Of a stretch of DNA of 64,000 nucleotides, positions 30,008 to 40,187 are shown piece by piece. The position numbers were made by a program, and so were the translations under genes. The stretch covers positions 566 through 64,565 of the IMG/VR virus record IMGVR_UViG_3300002053_000034; one strand, given 5' to 3'. This DNA is from a virus (lineage: Duplodnaviria; Caudoviricetes). The notes beneath the pieces are model-generated. The model was not told the DNA's origin. It saw only the letters and a list, made by a program, of their open reading frames with translations, and searched no databases. How positions within the stretch are numbered: position 1 is the first letter of the stretch; each line of letters begins with the position of its first letter.

Positions 30008-30769
30008 TTACTCCGAAGATTTAGTCTTGCGAGGACGGCCCCTTTTTTTAGTAGTGGTTGTTATACCAGTGGGCTTATTAGATTCCGGTTTTTCTTCCTT
30101 TTTCGACTGAGCTTTCTCCAACTCAGCAATAGCCTCACTAGCCTTAGTCTGCATCTCTTCTTCTATTTCTCTTATAGCCACTGCTTCGGGGGTTTGGTCC
30201 AAAAAGTTAGAATCTAATCCCTGCAAATAAAGCATGACTTCAAACCTAGCTCTAATAGCCATAGCTTGATTTTTTTCAGTTAAAAAATCAGAATAATCAT
30301 CCCATATTCTTCCACCGTCTTTAAGCTGAACCATTCTAGATGTAAGATATTCAAGCCTTGCGTCGTCAGCAATCTGTTCACATGTATTCGCCATAGGACC
30401 ATTTAATCTTTGATTCCAATTAAAAAGTTCCTCTCTTGCAGCAGATACTTCCACTGCTCGTTGTTGCTTTTCATCTAAATCAGCTGCAGCCTGTAAATCG
30501 ACTACTTTTCGGGCCAATTCATCCGTTAATTCTTTCTGCCTTTGTTCAAATTCTGGCCCAATTACGCCACGACGCATCAAAATATCCATCATTTCTGCAG
30601 ACGTAGTAATGCCCTCTACCAATGATTTTGTATAAGTCTTGCTGTATTGCCAATCAGCCCCTCTTACATCGTCAGCTGTAGGCGCAGCAATATAATATAA
30701 ATTACTAGTAACTGGGTCCCGAAATTCCCTTCTGCCTTCTAATGCTTGGGTTTCTTTTTGTTCTATCAT
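30008..30769 (-). CDS. tail assembly chaperone (short form), 253 aa
   Basis: Between tube and TMP; AGGAGG SD; helical. Confidence 0.6.
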   Translation of the reverse strand: MIEQKETQALEGRREFRDPVTSNLYYIAAPTADDVRGADWQYSKTYTKSLVEGITTSAEMMDILMRRGVIGPEFEQRQKELTDELARKVVDLQAAADLDEKQQRAVEVSAAREELFNWNQRLNGPMANTCEQIADDARLEYLTSRMVQLKDGGRIWDDYSDFLTEKNQAMAIRARFEVMLYLQGLDSNFLDQTPEAVAIREIEEEMQTKASEAIAELEKAQSKKEEKPESNKPTGITTTTKKRGRPRKTKSSE

Positions 30770-30788
30770 TTTACTCCTCCTCCTGTAA

Positions 30789-31061
30789 TTATTTCTCCTT
30801 TACTCCTGCATTAATTTTACTTTCTATCACAGTTTCAGCTGGTGGAATATATCTAACATCATACCTAGTGTTGATTTCTTTGTCCAAATCTCTAATACAA
30901 TTATTACCGACCCTCAAAATTTTAGATCTCAATTTCTTATACTGATCATTATTAGGTACAGCAACTTCGGCGTAATCAAGTATTCTTTCAAATAAAGTAG
31001 TGATGTTGTCCGAGATTACTTTCATTAGTTTTTCCTTATTCTTGTCAACCTTAGTTATCAT
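30789..31061 (-). CDS. hypothetical helical protein, 90 aa
   Basis: ORF with AAGGAG sites upstream. Confidence 0.6.
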   Translation of the reverse strand: MITKVDKNKEKLMKVISDNITTLFERILDYAEVAVPNNDQYKKLRSKILRVGNNCIRDLDKEINTRYDVRYIPPAETVIESKINAGVKEK

Positions 31062-31087
31062 CTCCTTTTACTCCTTTCCATAATTAG

Positions 31088-31118
31088 TAGGTGGGGGACC
31101 TTACGATCCCCACACCTA
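31088..31118 (-). terminator. GC-rich stem-loop (GUAA tetraloop) after the major tail gene; terminator or mRNA stabiliser
   Basis: - strand TAGGTG-T-GGGGATC-GTAA-GGTCCCC-CACCTA; only a weak U-tract. Confidence 0.55.
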
Positions 31119-31126
31119 GTTTAATA

Positions 31127-32767
31127 TTACGAATTTCTCCTAATCTTGTTGCCACCAGTGATGTGGTCAATATCAAGATCGCCTTTAACCACATAAAGAT
31201 CATTAGTTGAACGGAACCCAAAGGTTTGGGTAGCGTTTGTTCCAAGATCCAGTGTGTAAGCTTCGTCCGTAATCTTAAGATGCTCAACAACGATTGTCTT
31301 AAGAGCACGCTCTGTCTCTCCAGCAGCAATGGTACCCTTAACAGAACTTGTTGAACTAGCAGACCAGTACTTATCCTGTCCGATAAGATCTGATCCAGTA
31401 GCAACGGTTCTATTGGCACCAGTTCCACCGGCTTCCTCGTCTGTTTGAGCAAAAACTTTAACAACCAATTTAAGATCTTCTGAACTAAATAAGTCAGCAA
31501 GATCTATTTCATTCATGGTGTCATTAGCAAATTCAGAATATCTGTCGGCAAATCTTGCCCAGTGTTCTAAATCGCCAGCAGTGGTATCGATTGTTATGGT
31601 AATAGGCACTGGTACTGTCAATGGTCTATCATATGGGCCGAGATGGCCAAGTTCTGCAAGAGCCTCACGGGTGAGATCTGAAGTAATAGTACACGCAGTA
31701 AGTCTCCACGCAGTCTCGTAAGACGCATCCGTGTCAGCTACTAGATAAATCTCTACCTGACCCTGTCTGATAGCACCAATCGTATCGGGACGATTAGCAA
31801 TATCAAGGATCTCAAAGTACTTATTGCCCATATCGGACGTATAACCATCAGCAGCGTATAGCACATAAACTTTGTCACCAGCAGCTGGTGTAAATGCCGT
31901 GCCATCAATAGTACTTGGTAAGTAAACAGTATAGGGACCAGCTGAAGGACTATTTATATTATAGCCACTTATACTAAACTGATCAGCTGCCGCCGAGCTT
32001 CCAGAGACAACAGGTAAATTTGTCATTTCCCCGTCACCACCTAGTGCACTAGCATCTAAGAGTGTCATACTTCTCTGACCACCTACATCTAGTCTTAGAA
32101 ATCCCATAGTACCATCTGAAAAATCTGCCAAAGTTACACCAGAAGCGATGGTAAAACTACCACCGCCGCCAAGACCACTAATATCGATTTCTTCCCAGTT
32201 CACAAATCTACCGTCATTCAATAACCACATTTTCTGGTCCGTCTCAGCCCCATAGTTCTCAGTAGCATTTGCGCCGGTAGTATAACCAAATTCAAGGCTA
32301 TTTACATAGACTTCGTCCATATACATAGTCTGGTCAATATTATCAGCCAATGTACCAAGATCACATTCTGATTGAACAGGAGCCCAAAGCGAAACACCAG
32401 TCAAGTTACCACACGTAACAGCAAAATCCGCCAAGCACGCACCATGGTGATAGTATAGTTCGGTACTGCTACTATCGACAGTAGCCAAGTTAGCATTATT
32501 ATCAGTAGCATTAGCATTCATATCTAATTTGGCAGGTGCTACTTGAGCCAAAATAGCCATAGTTTTTACATCACCCCAATCGTTGGTGTTCAACGTAACT
32601 GCAACAGCAGGTACATCATCAACAACGTCTACGATATCTAGATGACCAAGTTCAAAGATATCTTCGGAGGTAAATGTAGTAGTGCTTCCGAGAGTCTGTA
32701 CTCTGTACAGGATCTCGCCGTTACACCATACGCTTTGTGAACCATATATGATCCTGTTTCTTGCCAT
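31127..32767 (-). CDS. major tail (tube) protein with internally duplicated tube domain, 546 aa
   Basis: Position after the tail terminator; strong SD; two ELGHL motifs (SEDIFELGHL, REALAELGHL); flanked by structured RNA elements like the capsid gene. Confidence 0.75.
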   Translation of the reverse strand: MARNRIIYGSQSVWCNGEILYRVQTLGSTTTFTSEDIFELGHLDIVDVVDDVPAVAVTLNTNDWGDVKTMAILAQVAPAKLDMNANATDNNANLATVDSSSTELYYHHGACLADFAVTCGNLTGVSLWAPVQSECDLGTLADNIDQTMYMDEVYVNSLEFGYTTGANATENYGAETDQKMWLLNDGRFVNWEEIDISGLGGGGSFTIASGVTLADFSDGTMGFLRLDVGGQRSMTLLDASALGGDGEMTNLPVVSGSSAAADQFSISGYNINSPSAGPYTVYLPSTIDGTAFTPAAGDKVYVLYAADGYTSDMGNKYFEILDIANRPDTIGAIRQGQVEIYLVADTDASYETAWRLTACTITSDLTREALAELGHLGPYDRPLTVPVPITITIDTTAGDLEHWARFADRYSEFANDTMNEIDLADLFSSEDLKLVVKVFAQTDEEAGGTGANRTVATGSDLIGQDKYWSASSTSSVKGTIAAGETERALKTIVVEHLKITDEAYTLDLGTNATQTFGFRSTNDLYVVKGDLDIDHITGGNKIRRNS

Positions 32768-32913
32768 AATGAACTATTCCTCCTTAAAATAGTTGTTTCA
32801 AAACTTGAGGTTGGTTTTGTAAATCAATTCCCAATGTTTATCATACAGATTGAGGCTATCTGCAATCCAAACTCCTTTCCGTTTCCCAAGCAAAAATTTT
32901 GCTTGTTGAGGCT
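32768..32913 (-). promoter_or_regulatory. structured, GGA-rich 5' leader of the major tail gene
   Basis: Inverted repeat CAAGCAAAA-N-TTTTGCTTG (32887-32905); GGGAAACGGAAAGGAGTTTGGA; hairpins with AGCCTCA / CAACCTCAA loops; SD in the loop of AACTATT/AATAGTT. Confidence 0.5.
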
Positions 32914-33726
32914 TTAATTTTCTTTCCAATAAAACATATTGAAGTCAATCCGTGCCCTATACCGATTCAAATCACTCAGCATCGTCATATCAATTCTAGG
33001 TACAGCTGATAATAAAGACGGATTTACATTTCTAGCTACAACATCGTCAATGTGTAAACTGCTTTCGTATTGAGCCACCTCATAAATATAATTATTACTA
33101 AAAGTGCCATCCCAATCTATCATGCTTCCCTGTGGCCAAATTTGGTTTGGAACACATTTTTTATCAATACCATCATATAATAATTCTATTAGATCGTCCC
33201 GTTCTGCCTGGTTATTGGCAAATATATGTAATCTTCCTCTCCTTATAGGCTTTTTGCCACCGCCAAGTTGAAATCCTTCTTTCTCGGTAGCCTCTAAATT
33301 GACTACCACAACTGGCACATCCGCCGCCGCCACATCTTGCCATTCATTTACTAAAGAAACATAAAAATATTGATAGGTCACACTAGATGGTACTATTCCT
33401 ACATCCGAGGTGACTATTCTCCCATCTACGTAATCTATCATGTAGTTAGAACCACTAATAACCGCATTGCTAGCATCATAAACAGTAACTGCATTCTGCT
33501 GCTCGGTAGTATCTCCATAATTATCTAAATATACCCAACCACGACCCAAACTAGTAGGAGAAGGTAATCGAGTAGACGAAGAAGCATACACATACGAACC
33601 AGCCTCTGAGATATCCGATAAATATTCCAAGGGTATATTGTAATCAGTCTCAATATACTGATTCAGTACGTTAAATCTAAGATAATGATGTAAACTTAGA
33701 TCTTCCTGCCTTAGTTTTTGCATCAT
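32914..33726 (-). CDS. tail terminator/completion protein
   Basis: Position before the tube gene; PVVVVN...FQLGGG...LHIFANNQAERDDLIELL pattern typical of tail-completion proteins. Confidence 0.6.
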   Translation of the reverse strand: MMQKLRQEDLSLHHYLRFNVLNQYIETDYNIPLEYLSDISEAGSYVYASSSTRLPSPTSLGRGWVYLDNYGDTTEQQNAVTVYDASNAVISGSNYMIDYVDGRIVTSDVGIVPSSVTYQYFYVSLVNEWQDVAAADVPVVVVNLEATEKEGFQLGGGKKPIRRGRLHIFANNQAERDDLIELLYDGIDKKCVPNQIWPQGSMIDWDGTFSNNYIYEVAQYESSLHIDDVVARNVNPSLLSAVPRIDMTMLSDLNRYRARIDFNMFYWKEN

Positions 33727-34307
33727 TTGCTAAGAGCCTCTCCCAAACGTTGAATTATTCTGTCTACCAGCTTTCCAAAATTCACCCTCTCAAAAAAATC
33801 TGGTATTCCTGGAAAATCAGAAAATCGCCAAATAGGTCGATGAGGATCCCATCCATGACTAAGAGCTTCAGCCCGATATTGATCTTCCGGCATTATAAAT
33901 GCCTTTCCAAATCTGCCCTCTGGGCCTCCAGTCATTTCACTTGTTACTAAAACGTAACGTCCGTTTATACCTTGTAAAATAGTTCCTATAATTTTTATAC
34001 AATCAGTGGTTTCTTCATCGAGTTCTTCCCCAAATCCTAATTTATTTGCATCGCCAATGCCTATTTCTATACTACCCTCATTAATTAGTATTTTAATACT
34101 ATCTAATATAGTTTCCTCCAAAAACTGTTTAAATTCTTCTCTACAAATCGAGGGCCTTGCTGGGTCTTCTTCATCCTCAAGTGGCACTATTTCCTCATCG
34201 AATCTATCCAAAAGGTTGCCTATAAGAACATTTATCTCTGATTTTACTATATCTTCTAATAATGTTAATAACTTAGGATTTTGCATCCTTTTATAAAGTT
34301 TCGCCAC
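33723..34307 (-). CDS. putative neck protein, 194 aa
   Basis: Overlapping gene between head-closure and terminator genes. Confidence 0.5.
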   Translation of the reverse strand: MAKLYKRMQNPKLLTLLEDIVKSEINVLIGNLLDRFDEEIVPLEDEEDPARPSICREEFKQFLEETILDSIKILINEGSIEIGIGDANKLGFGEELDEETTDCIKIIGTILQGINGRYVLVTSEMTGGPEGRFGKAFIMPEDQYRAEALSHGWDPHRPIWRFSDFPGIPDFFERVNFGKLVDRIIQRLGEALSK

Positions 34308-34827
34308 TATCTAACCTCGGCTTATCCACAGTAAAAAAATATGCCAACAGAATATCTTTTTCGCCTATCCCCCTAATAATAGGAGGGTTAGATAATTTAC
34401 AACGAATACCATCAATTACGACATATTCTGACTGTTTTATCAGGTCTAAATGGCAAGGATCTGTCTTAATTTCGACTCTAGTAGCACCCTCAAATCCAGC
34501 TTCCGTGAAAGTTAGGGCATTCATCTCGTCTCCAGTAGGATTCCATATAACAATTCCATTAATACACCTCTTCCTGACGGTGATCAGTACGCCTCTGCCC
34601 GAACAAACTGGGCACCGACCCACGGTAAAGTAATTAGGATCTCCCGGACTGGATTTAGGTATCCCGCTACTAGTCTTATTAACCTTATCATAGTAGCAAT
34701 TGGGGCATTCTCGTTCAAGTCCTGGTAAATACACGATTATTCGTCGCCCTATGCCTTGAGCAACACTTTTCCAGCTCTTCTTGAAGCGAGTTTTTGCCTT
34801 CCTAAATTTTCGCCTATCTCTTGGCAT
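34291..34827 (-). CDS. head-closure/stopper-like protein with Zn-finger insertion
   Basis: CPNC...CPVCSGRG plus C-terminal YVVIDGIRCKL beta pattern; neck position. Confidence 0.55.
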   Translation of the reverse strand: MPRDRRKFRKAKTRFKKSWKSVAQGIGRRIIVYLPGLERECPNCYYDKVNKTSSGIPKSSPGDPNYFTVGRCPVCSGRGVLITVRKRCINGIVIWNPTGDEMNALTFTEAGFEGATRVEIKTDPCHLDLIKQSEYVVIDGIRCKLSNPPIIRGIGEKDILLAYFFTVDKPRLDSGETL

Positions 34828-34840
34828 AAACTACCCCTTA

Positions 34841-35161
34841 CTAGTCATCTTCACAAATCTCGCCAGATTGACTTGGCCAACCTGGGCTGCGTATTGGAAT
34901 ATCTTCCGCAATTCTTTGCAACACGTCTCCACGTAATCTTTGGGGAATTTGTTCAGGCCTAAGTCGTAGTAAAACATCCCCTCTATCCCTAGTTTGGACT
35001 TCAATATAAGTCCTGGTAGCTACCCAACAATATGCGTTACTATCTACTAAATAGGACGCTAAAAGCACAGGGATAAACTCAGGACAAGGGCACTCTCCCC
35101 AACCTGCTGTAGTTATCAATCCACCACAAGCTGACCCCCATCCCCACGTTGATATACCCAT
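34841..35161 (-). CDS. hypothetical protein, 106 aa
   Basis: Stop/start coupled ORF; repeated TxGWG. Confidence 0.5.
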   Translation of the reverse strand: MGISTWGWGSACGGLITTAGWGECPCPEFIPVLLASYLVDSNAYCWVATRTYIEVQTRDRGDVLLRLRPEQIPQRLRGDVLQRIAEDIPIRSPGWPSQSGEICEDD

Positions 35162-35637
35162 TAGGTAGCTTTAGACCTCCTAGATTCAGTGCCATATTGT
35201 TGATATATAGCACTATCGGTTTTATCAGTAACATCCCAAGTCAATAAGGGCGTTGCCGAATCGTCATCATATAACACCCAGTTGTCTGTATCCCCGTCTA
35301 CCAATTCAAGTCTATTAGTTAGTATTTTTTTCACCAACAAAGTTCTAATATCCACATTGTCGGAAAGAATACTTACTGTATCAATTATATCACCATATTC
35401 GCCACTAGAAAAGCTTTTGTATCTTTTTTCGGCAGGTAAAGTCAAAGAATCGCATAAAATCGCGTAATCTTGTGTAATATCATACCCGGTAAAATCATAT
35501 TTATAAAATCCGTCACCAATATCAGACATTACCCCACTAGCTACCACATTTCCAGTCACTATATCCCTAATTCTGATAATAGGCGATAATCCAGCAGCAG
35601 GCCCAGTATAAGTCTCAAAATAAGCAGTTATCCACAT
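35161..35637 (-). CDS. virion protein, paralog of the N-terminus of 40188..42368
   Basis: MWI...AGLSPxIxIRDxxTG...GDGFYxYDF...DYAIxCDS...TNRLELxDGDTDNWxLYDDD shared by both. Confidence 0.7.
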   Translation of the reverse strand: MWITAYFETYTGPAAGLSPIIRIRDIVTGNVVASGVMSDIGDGFYKYDFTGYDITQDYAILCDSLTLPAEKRYKSFSSGEYGDIIDTVSILSDNVDIRTLLVKKILTNRLELVDGDTDNWVLYDDDSATPLLTWDVTDKTDSAIYQQYGTESRRSKAT

Positions 35638-36350
35638 TAGGGGCTTTCTCCTGGCAATAAATAGGTTCTTGCTCGATATACCTCTAATTCACCATATCCG
35701 TAACTATCATTATCATTCTCCGGCACAAAAACTTCCACACATAATCTATAGTTAACTGGTATTGCATTTTCTGTAGCACTTTCTGTATTTAACTCATCTC
35801 CCATCGGGCAGTCCCCGTAGAAATGATGATTATTGACGTATCTTACTATTACAGTATCTTCCACAGCTTGAACCGGATATCCATCTCTATCTAGATAGTA
35901 TTGTCCAGATGGGCAAATAATACTAAAATTCACATACGAGCCTTTTTTAGCATTATGAAAATATAAACATCCTTCTTTAACATGGTCTAAAAAGTTAAGA
36001 TAGATGCATTTACTCTTATATCCCTCTGGCCATGTACCACTAGCTGTCAAATCATCATCATTAGAGAAATCCCATAGAATATCTTTACCGTCACCTATAC
36101 CACTAGCAGTATCACCAGTCATAGTGAACATAGTGGAATACCCTATAGGCCTACTATCAGATCTAACTATAGGGCGGCCGTCTCCCATAGTTGGTCCTTT
36201 GTCTACATGATATTCTACTATAGTTATAGAATTAGCATCTATAGTATGCTCGGTATTATTCGGACAAGTAGTGGGTTCTTCCTCAGCCCAACTATAAACA
36301 TATTGAGATTCCGTTATACAATAAATCCTATATTTAAACACATCGGTCAT
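35637..36350 (-). CDS. putative virion protein, 237 aa
   Basis: GGAGG SD; in the structural cluster. Confidence 0.55.
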   Translation of the reverse strand: MTDVFKYRIYCITESQYVYSWAEEEPTTCPNNTEHTIDANSITIVEYHVDKGPTMGDGRPIVRSDSRPIGYSTMFTMTGDTASGIGDGKDILWDFSNDDDLTASGTWPEGYKSKCIYLNFLDHVKEGCLYFHNAKKGSYVNFSIICPSGQYYLDRDGYPVQAVEDTVIVRYVNNHHFYGDCPMGDELNTESATENAIPVNYRLCVEVFVPENDNDSYGYGELEVYRARTYLLPGESP

Positions 36351-36365
36351 TATAAGTATTCCTCC

Positions 36366-37001
36366 TTATTGCAATGAAGCATAAGACATTCTAATAGTTT
36401 TAGATCCAGTGCCCTCTACTCTAAGTTGGAACTCGAATATAGCTGCATCATCGGGAAGATTTGAGAGATCATTCGTAGTATACATATATTTATCAAGTGC
36501 CCCCGGCCCAGATCCGCTAATAGTAATCTGTGCTATTTCGTTATTATTGGTAAAATCATAAACTCTTACATATCCAGTTAGAGTATCTGCGCCCAACCAC
36601 GCTATTATACTAAATGATTCTATGGTAAATACGTCCTGGCCCATAAATATCATGGCCCCTACTGTAGCCCACGTGCTTTGGGTATGCTGGACGTATTCGT
36701 TGGAATAAGTGCCAGCAAATCTAAAAGAATAAAACATAGAATCCTCTATGTCAGCATGTACTGACCCTCTAGTAGTTAGATGATAATCTTCTGTCGGATC
36801 TATACCACTAACTGTAGTATCAAAACCTATATTACTGAGCTTATTAGCAAATTGAACTCCTGATTCAGTAGGGGTTACAATAACAACATAATTAGATGTA
36901 CCAATATAAGTGGATGGCGTATCCCATAAATCCACGAAAGAGTGGTGTACATCAATGGAGTGATCTGGTTCCATTAGGAATTTATATATGTGATCATTCA
37001 T
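36366..37001 (-). CDS. putative fibre/whisker protein, 211 aa
   Basis: Shares the TVSGIDPTEDYHLTT fibre motif with neighbours. Confidence 0.55.
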   Translation of the reverse strand: MNDHIYKFLMEPDHSIDVHHSFVDLWDTPSTYIGTSNYVVIVTPTESGVQFANKLSNIGFDTTVSGIDPTEDYHLTTRGSVHADIEDSMFYSFRFAGTYSNEYVQHTQSTWATVGAMIFMGQDVFTIESFSIIAWLGADTLTGYVRVYDFTNNNEIAQITISGSGPGALDKYMYTTNDLSNLPDDAAIFEFQLRVEGTGSKTIRMSYASLQ

Positions 37002-37024
37002 TAAGTTTTAATACCTCCAAAATT

Positions 37025-38080
37025 TTACGTAAGATATTGCAAATATAAATTAAAATTATACATGGCAAACTGATTCATCCGAATTACTAAACCCCTGTTA
37101 TTAGACCCCTTTATGAAATAATTATAGTCAGTTCTTCTATATTTACCCACCTTCGCCTTATCGGCTCTCTTTATCTCATCAACATTTGAAAAATAAACAT
37201 CGTCTACCGCGTATAAACTACCGTCTTCCAAAACTTCATATATTATGAGGCCCATATGCCATGTAGTAGCATCAGGTGTCCATTCAAGCCTAATTCCTTC
37301 TAATGTAAAATCACTATTAGCATTATCCCAATAGCTCGTTTTATATATATCACAAATACAAATTTCACCACTTTCTATAACAAAAATCTGCGGATCATCA
37401 ACAAAAGAAAGCGTGGTCTGATAATATCCAGTACCACTAACCGTAATATTTTCTCCTGCGTACATAGACTCTCCTGAGTCTTCACTAATTGACAATCCTG
37501 AAACAGTAATTGTACAAGGAGTAGATGAAACAGAGGAAATATCTAACACAATATGAGAATTATAAGCTGGTTCTGGTGTAGTTAATGGTGTATTACTCAA
37601 AGCAGCATCTTCGTCAATTTTAATGTGCCATCCCAACAAACCTACTGGGCCATTAAATGTAGGAAACATCGACCAGTTCATAGCTCCAAGATGAGTATGG
37701 GTAGTAATGGCTGTATCTACATACTCCTTGATAGCTAAATCATTATAATTTTCAGGACATACACCGGCCACAGTTGACGGGAATCCGCTTGCCCACACTG
37801 ATCTTCCAGCTCCATCGGTTAATAAAAATTGGCCTGCTTCCATATCGGCAGTGGGCAACTGAGCTGGTTCAGGCGGGTGAATTCCCATATGTCCTGAGAT
37901 AACAGCATCTAATAAAGACGTCTCTTCTCCCGTCAAGCTGCCAGAAAACGTCACAAATAAATTATCTGGTCCTTTAAATGTAATATGATCCAAAGGAGTA
38001 GTTATGCCATATTCAGCTTCGATTTCTAGCCTCAAGCTGCCTATGCTAACAGGGTATTTGGTATAATCATAGGTGGTCAT
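37025..38080 (-). CDS. putative fibre/whisker protein, 351 aa
   Basis: GQFLLTDGAG, LAIKEYVD and HTH motifs typical of trimeric fibres. Confidence 0.55.
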   Translation of the reverse strand: MTTYDYTKYPVSIGSLRLEIEAEYGITTPLDHITFKGPDNLFVTFSGSLTGEETSLLDAVISGHMGIHPPEPAQLPTADMEAGQFLLTDGAGRSVWASGFPSTVAGVCPENYNDLAIKEYVDTAITTHTHLGAMNWSMFPTFNGPVGLLGWHIKIDEDAALSNTPLTTPEPAYNSHIVLDISSVSSTPCTITVSGLSISEDSGESMYAGENITVSGTGYYQTTLSFVDDPQIFVIESGEICICDIYKTSYWDNANSDFTLEGIRLEWTPDATTWHMGLIIYEVLEDGSLYAVDDVYFSNVDEIKRADKAKVGKYRRTDYNYFIKGSNNRGLVIRMNQFAMYNFNLYLQYLT

Positions 38081-38700
38081 TAAGCAACCCTCCAGAATTC
38101 TAATCTTATATTTCGAATAAGCGAAGCCGCTTTGTAATCAGATGTAGCAAAATCTAAATCTACATAATGAATTCCACTAGCCAATGTCCCTGTATAATAA
38201 AAACCAGTATTAAGAATATAATAATTAACATCTACAAATGGAGATCTAATAAAATTATAAACTAATACCGTATCATCCAATTGTATTCTAGCTAGAAAAT
38301 CATAATTTAGCTTATCTTGGCGCCATTCGAACGTCCATCCAATCCGATATTCACCTTCTTCAATTCCATAACCCTCGGCGCCAGATATAGTCAGTCTAGC
38401 AGCCTGGATGAAAGTCTCGCTATTAGTTTGTTGTTCCTCTGCAACTACGGCGGAATGAAACTGTAGTCCAAACAATATATACTGTGGGTCAGGTATATGA
38501 GTGTCCACATAATATTTAGTAGTCAAATGATATGGATAAATAGGTTCCACACCACTTATAGTTGTCGTTAATCGCAGATCCCCACTAGTAGTTGGGTTTG
38601 GAGATTCGGGATCCCAAAATATTTCAGAGTCAAAATTATCTCCGAAGATGATTTTGTCATCATCCGTTATGAATATATCATTAGTTCTGATCCTAACCAT
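38080..38700 (-). CDS. putative fibre protein, N-terminus paralogous to 38719..40164
   Basis: PTTSGDLRLxxTISGVxPIYxYHLTTKxYVD in both. Confidence 0.6.
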   Translation of the reverse strand: MVRIRTNDIFITDDDKIIFGDNFDSEIFWDPESPNPTTSGDLRLTTTISGVEPIYPYHLTTKYYVDTHIPDPQYILFGLQFHSAVVAEEQQTNSETFIQAARLTISGAEGYGIEEGEYRIGWTFEWRQDKLNYDFLARIQLDDTVLVYNFIRSPFVDVNYYILNTGFYYTGTLASGIHYVDLDFATSDYKAASLIRNIRLEFWRVA

Positions 38701-38718
38701 TTAAAGCTGCCTCCAGCA

Positions 38719-40164
38719 TTAATCTTCTACTACTAACCAGTTCAAATAGTAATTAGCTGAATCCATCTTACCCGAAAAATCGGCTGTAAAACTACTAGAA
38801 GTTTTTCCACTAATTATAAATGCATAAATAGAAGGTGGTGAATCTGCAGTATTTTGTAAAGTAGCATTTACAGTATAATTAGTGTGGCCCAAATCCGCAA
38901 AATTAACAGTAACCTGCTGAGCTTTATAAGCGACAGCTTGCCTACCGTGATAGGTTACTCCAGCAGTACCGCTAATTGTAATCTCATCTTCAGCACTTCT
39001 TGTAACCGTAATATTACTTCCACTCACGAAATTCAAAATATCAGTTGAAGTAATATTATCATACGGGGTACCGTCTACCGCAAATTGCCAATACTGATAG
39101 TTATCTTTGCCATCTATTTGTACCTGTAAAGATCCACTAATGGTGTCAACTTCCGATTCTGTGTAATACCTTCCATCATGGTGGTGTTGCGACCCCGCGT
39201 CATTCACGCCGCCAAAGCTGGTTAGATCAGTATACATAGTAGAAGTTAGATGGTAATATTCATTAGTTGTTCCACCTTGTAAACCACCTAAATTATTATG
39301 CACCATGGTACTACTCATTTTAATCCAAGTACCAGCTGGATAAGCATCGTCATAGAAATAGACCAAGTCCTCATCTTCTACCCAAGCTGCAAACCCTTCA
39401 TTAGGCTCAATACCAGACCAAGAAGTACCGGTCCATTCATATATGTATTCTGCTACCCAATCTCCAGATGTCGTAGGCGCAATATACCTATTACTACCCG
39501 AGGCTACAGCGTCCCCAAATGCCACATTCTGGCTTAAAACACTATTCTGCCAATCTAAATTGGTTAGTGATTGACTTATAGCAGTATCTACATAAAATTT
39601 AGTGGTTAGATGTTCGGGTTCGGTAGGATCAATACCAGACACAGTTCCAGTAAATGGTCTGAGTCCCGTAGCCAACGTATAGTGCGTATGATCATCATCG
39701 TTCAAGCCCGTTAAATCGCCGTGGTCAGTAATAATTTGGTTGACTATATCCCCACTGATAGTGGTTATCTCATCTTCCGTAAAGTATAAACTATTGTGGT
39801 GATGTAAATTACTCGCATCAAGAACACCACTACGACTGGTTAATGTATAATGCTCCACATCGGTCAAATGGTAATATTCATCAGTGGCCCCACCCTGAAT
39901 GTTCTTTAACTCATTATGCTCGTCGTATAAGCCGCTAATAGTAGTTATAGCATTATCCACATACCATTTTGTAGTCAAATGATAATCATAGATAGGATTA
40001 ACACCACTAATAGTCGAACTTAGTCTTAAATCACCGCTAGTAGTTGGGTGCGGGGCTGAAGTATCCCACCACAATTCCGTTTGCGCCAAATTATTATAAT
40101 CAACACCGAACCTGACCTTCTGATCGCCATGCAGTATTAAATTCTCAGCTCTGAATCTAGCCAT
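38719..40164 (-). CDS. His-rich fibre protein, 481 aa
   Basis: Repeats HNxLxxxQGGxxxEYYHLT (x2), HHH..Y.TExE (x2), HLTTKxYVD (x2), DHGDLTGLNDDDHTHY. Confidence 0.65.
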   Translation of the reverse strand: MARFRAENLILHGDQKVRFGVDYNNLAQTELWWDTSAPHPTTSGDLRLSSTISGVNPIYDYHLTTKWYVDNAITTISGLYDEHNELKNIQGGATDEYYHLTDVEHYTLTSRSGVLDASNLHHHNSLYFTEDEITTISGDIVNQIITDHGDLTGLNDDDHTHYTLATGLRPFTGTVSGIDPTEPEHLTTKFYVDTAISQSLTNLDWQNSVLSQNVAFGDAVASGSNRYIAPTTSGDWVAEYIYEWTGTSWSGIEPNEGFAAWVEDEDLVYFYDDAYPAGTWIKMSSTMVHNNLGGLQGGTTNEYYHLTSTMYTDLTSFGGVNDAGSQHHHDGRYYTESEVDTISGSLQVQIDGKDNYQYWQFAVDGTPYDNITSTDILNFVSGSNITVTRSAEDEITISGTAGVTYHGRQAVAYKAQQVTVNFADLGHTNYTVNATLQNTADSPPSIYAFIISGKTSSSFTADFSGKMDSANYYLNWLVVED

Positions 40165-40187
40165 GATTTATACTCCCTCCTTTATAT

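Noticed and set aside
30040-30052. A7 run near the end of the short chaperone gene as a -1 frameshift site
   Set aside because: Codons ACT AAA AAA AGG do not form an in-frame X XXY YYZ heptamer, and the downstream gene is a full paralog with its own start.
31084-31500. 138-aa alternative-frame ORF overlapping the tube gene (likewise 40513..40716 and 44989..45213)
   Set aside because: Nested out of frame in well-supported genes, with no domain signal.
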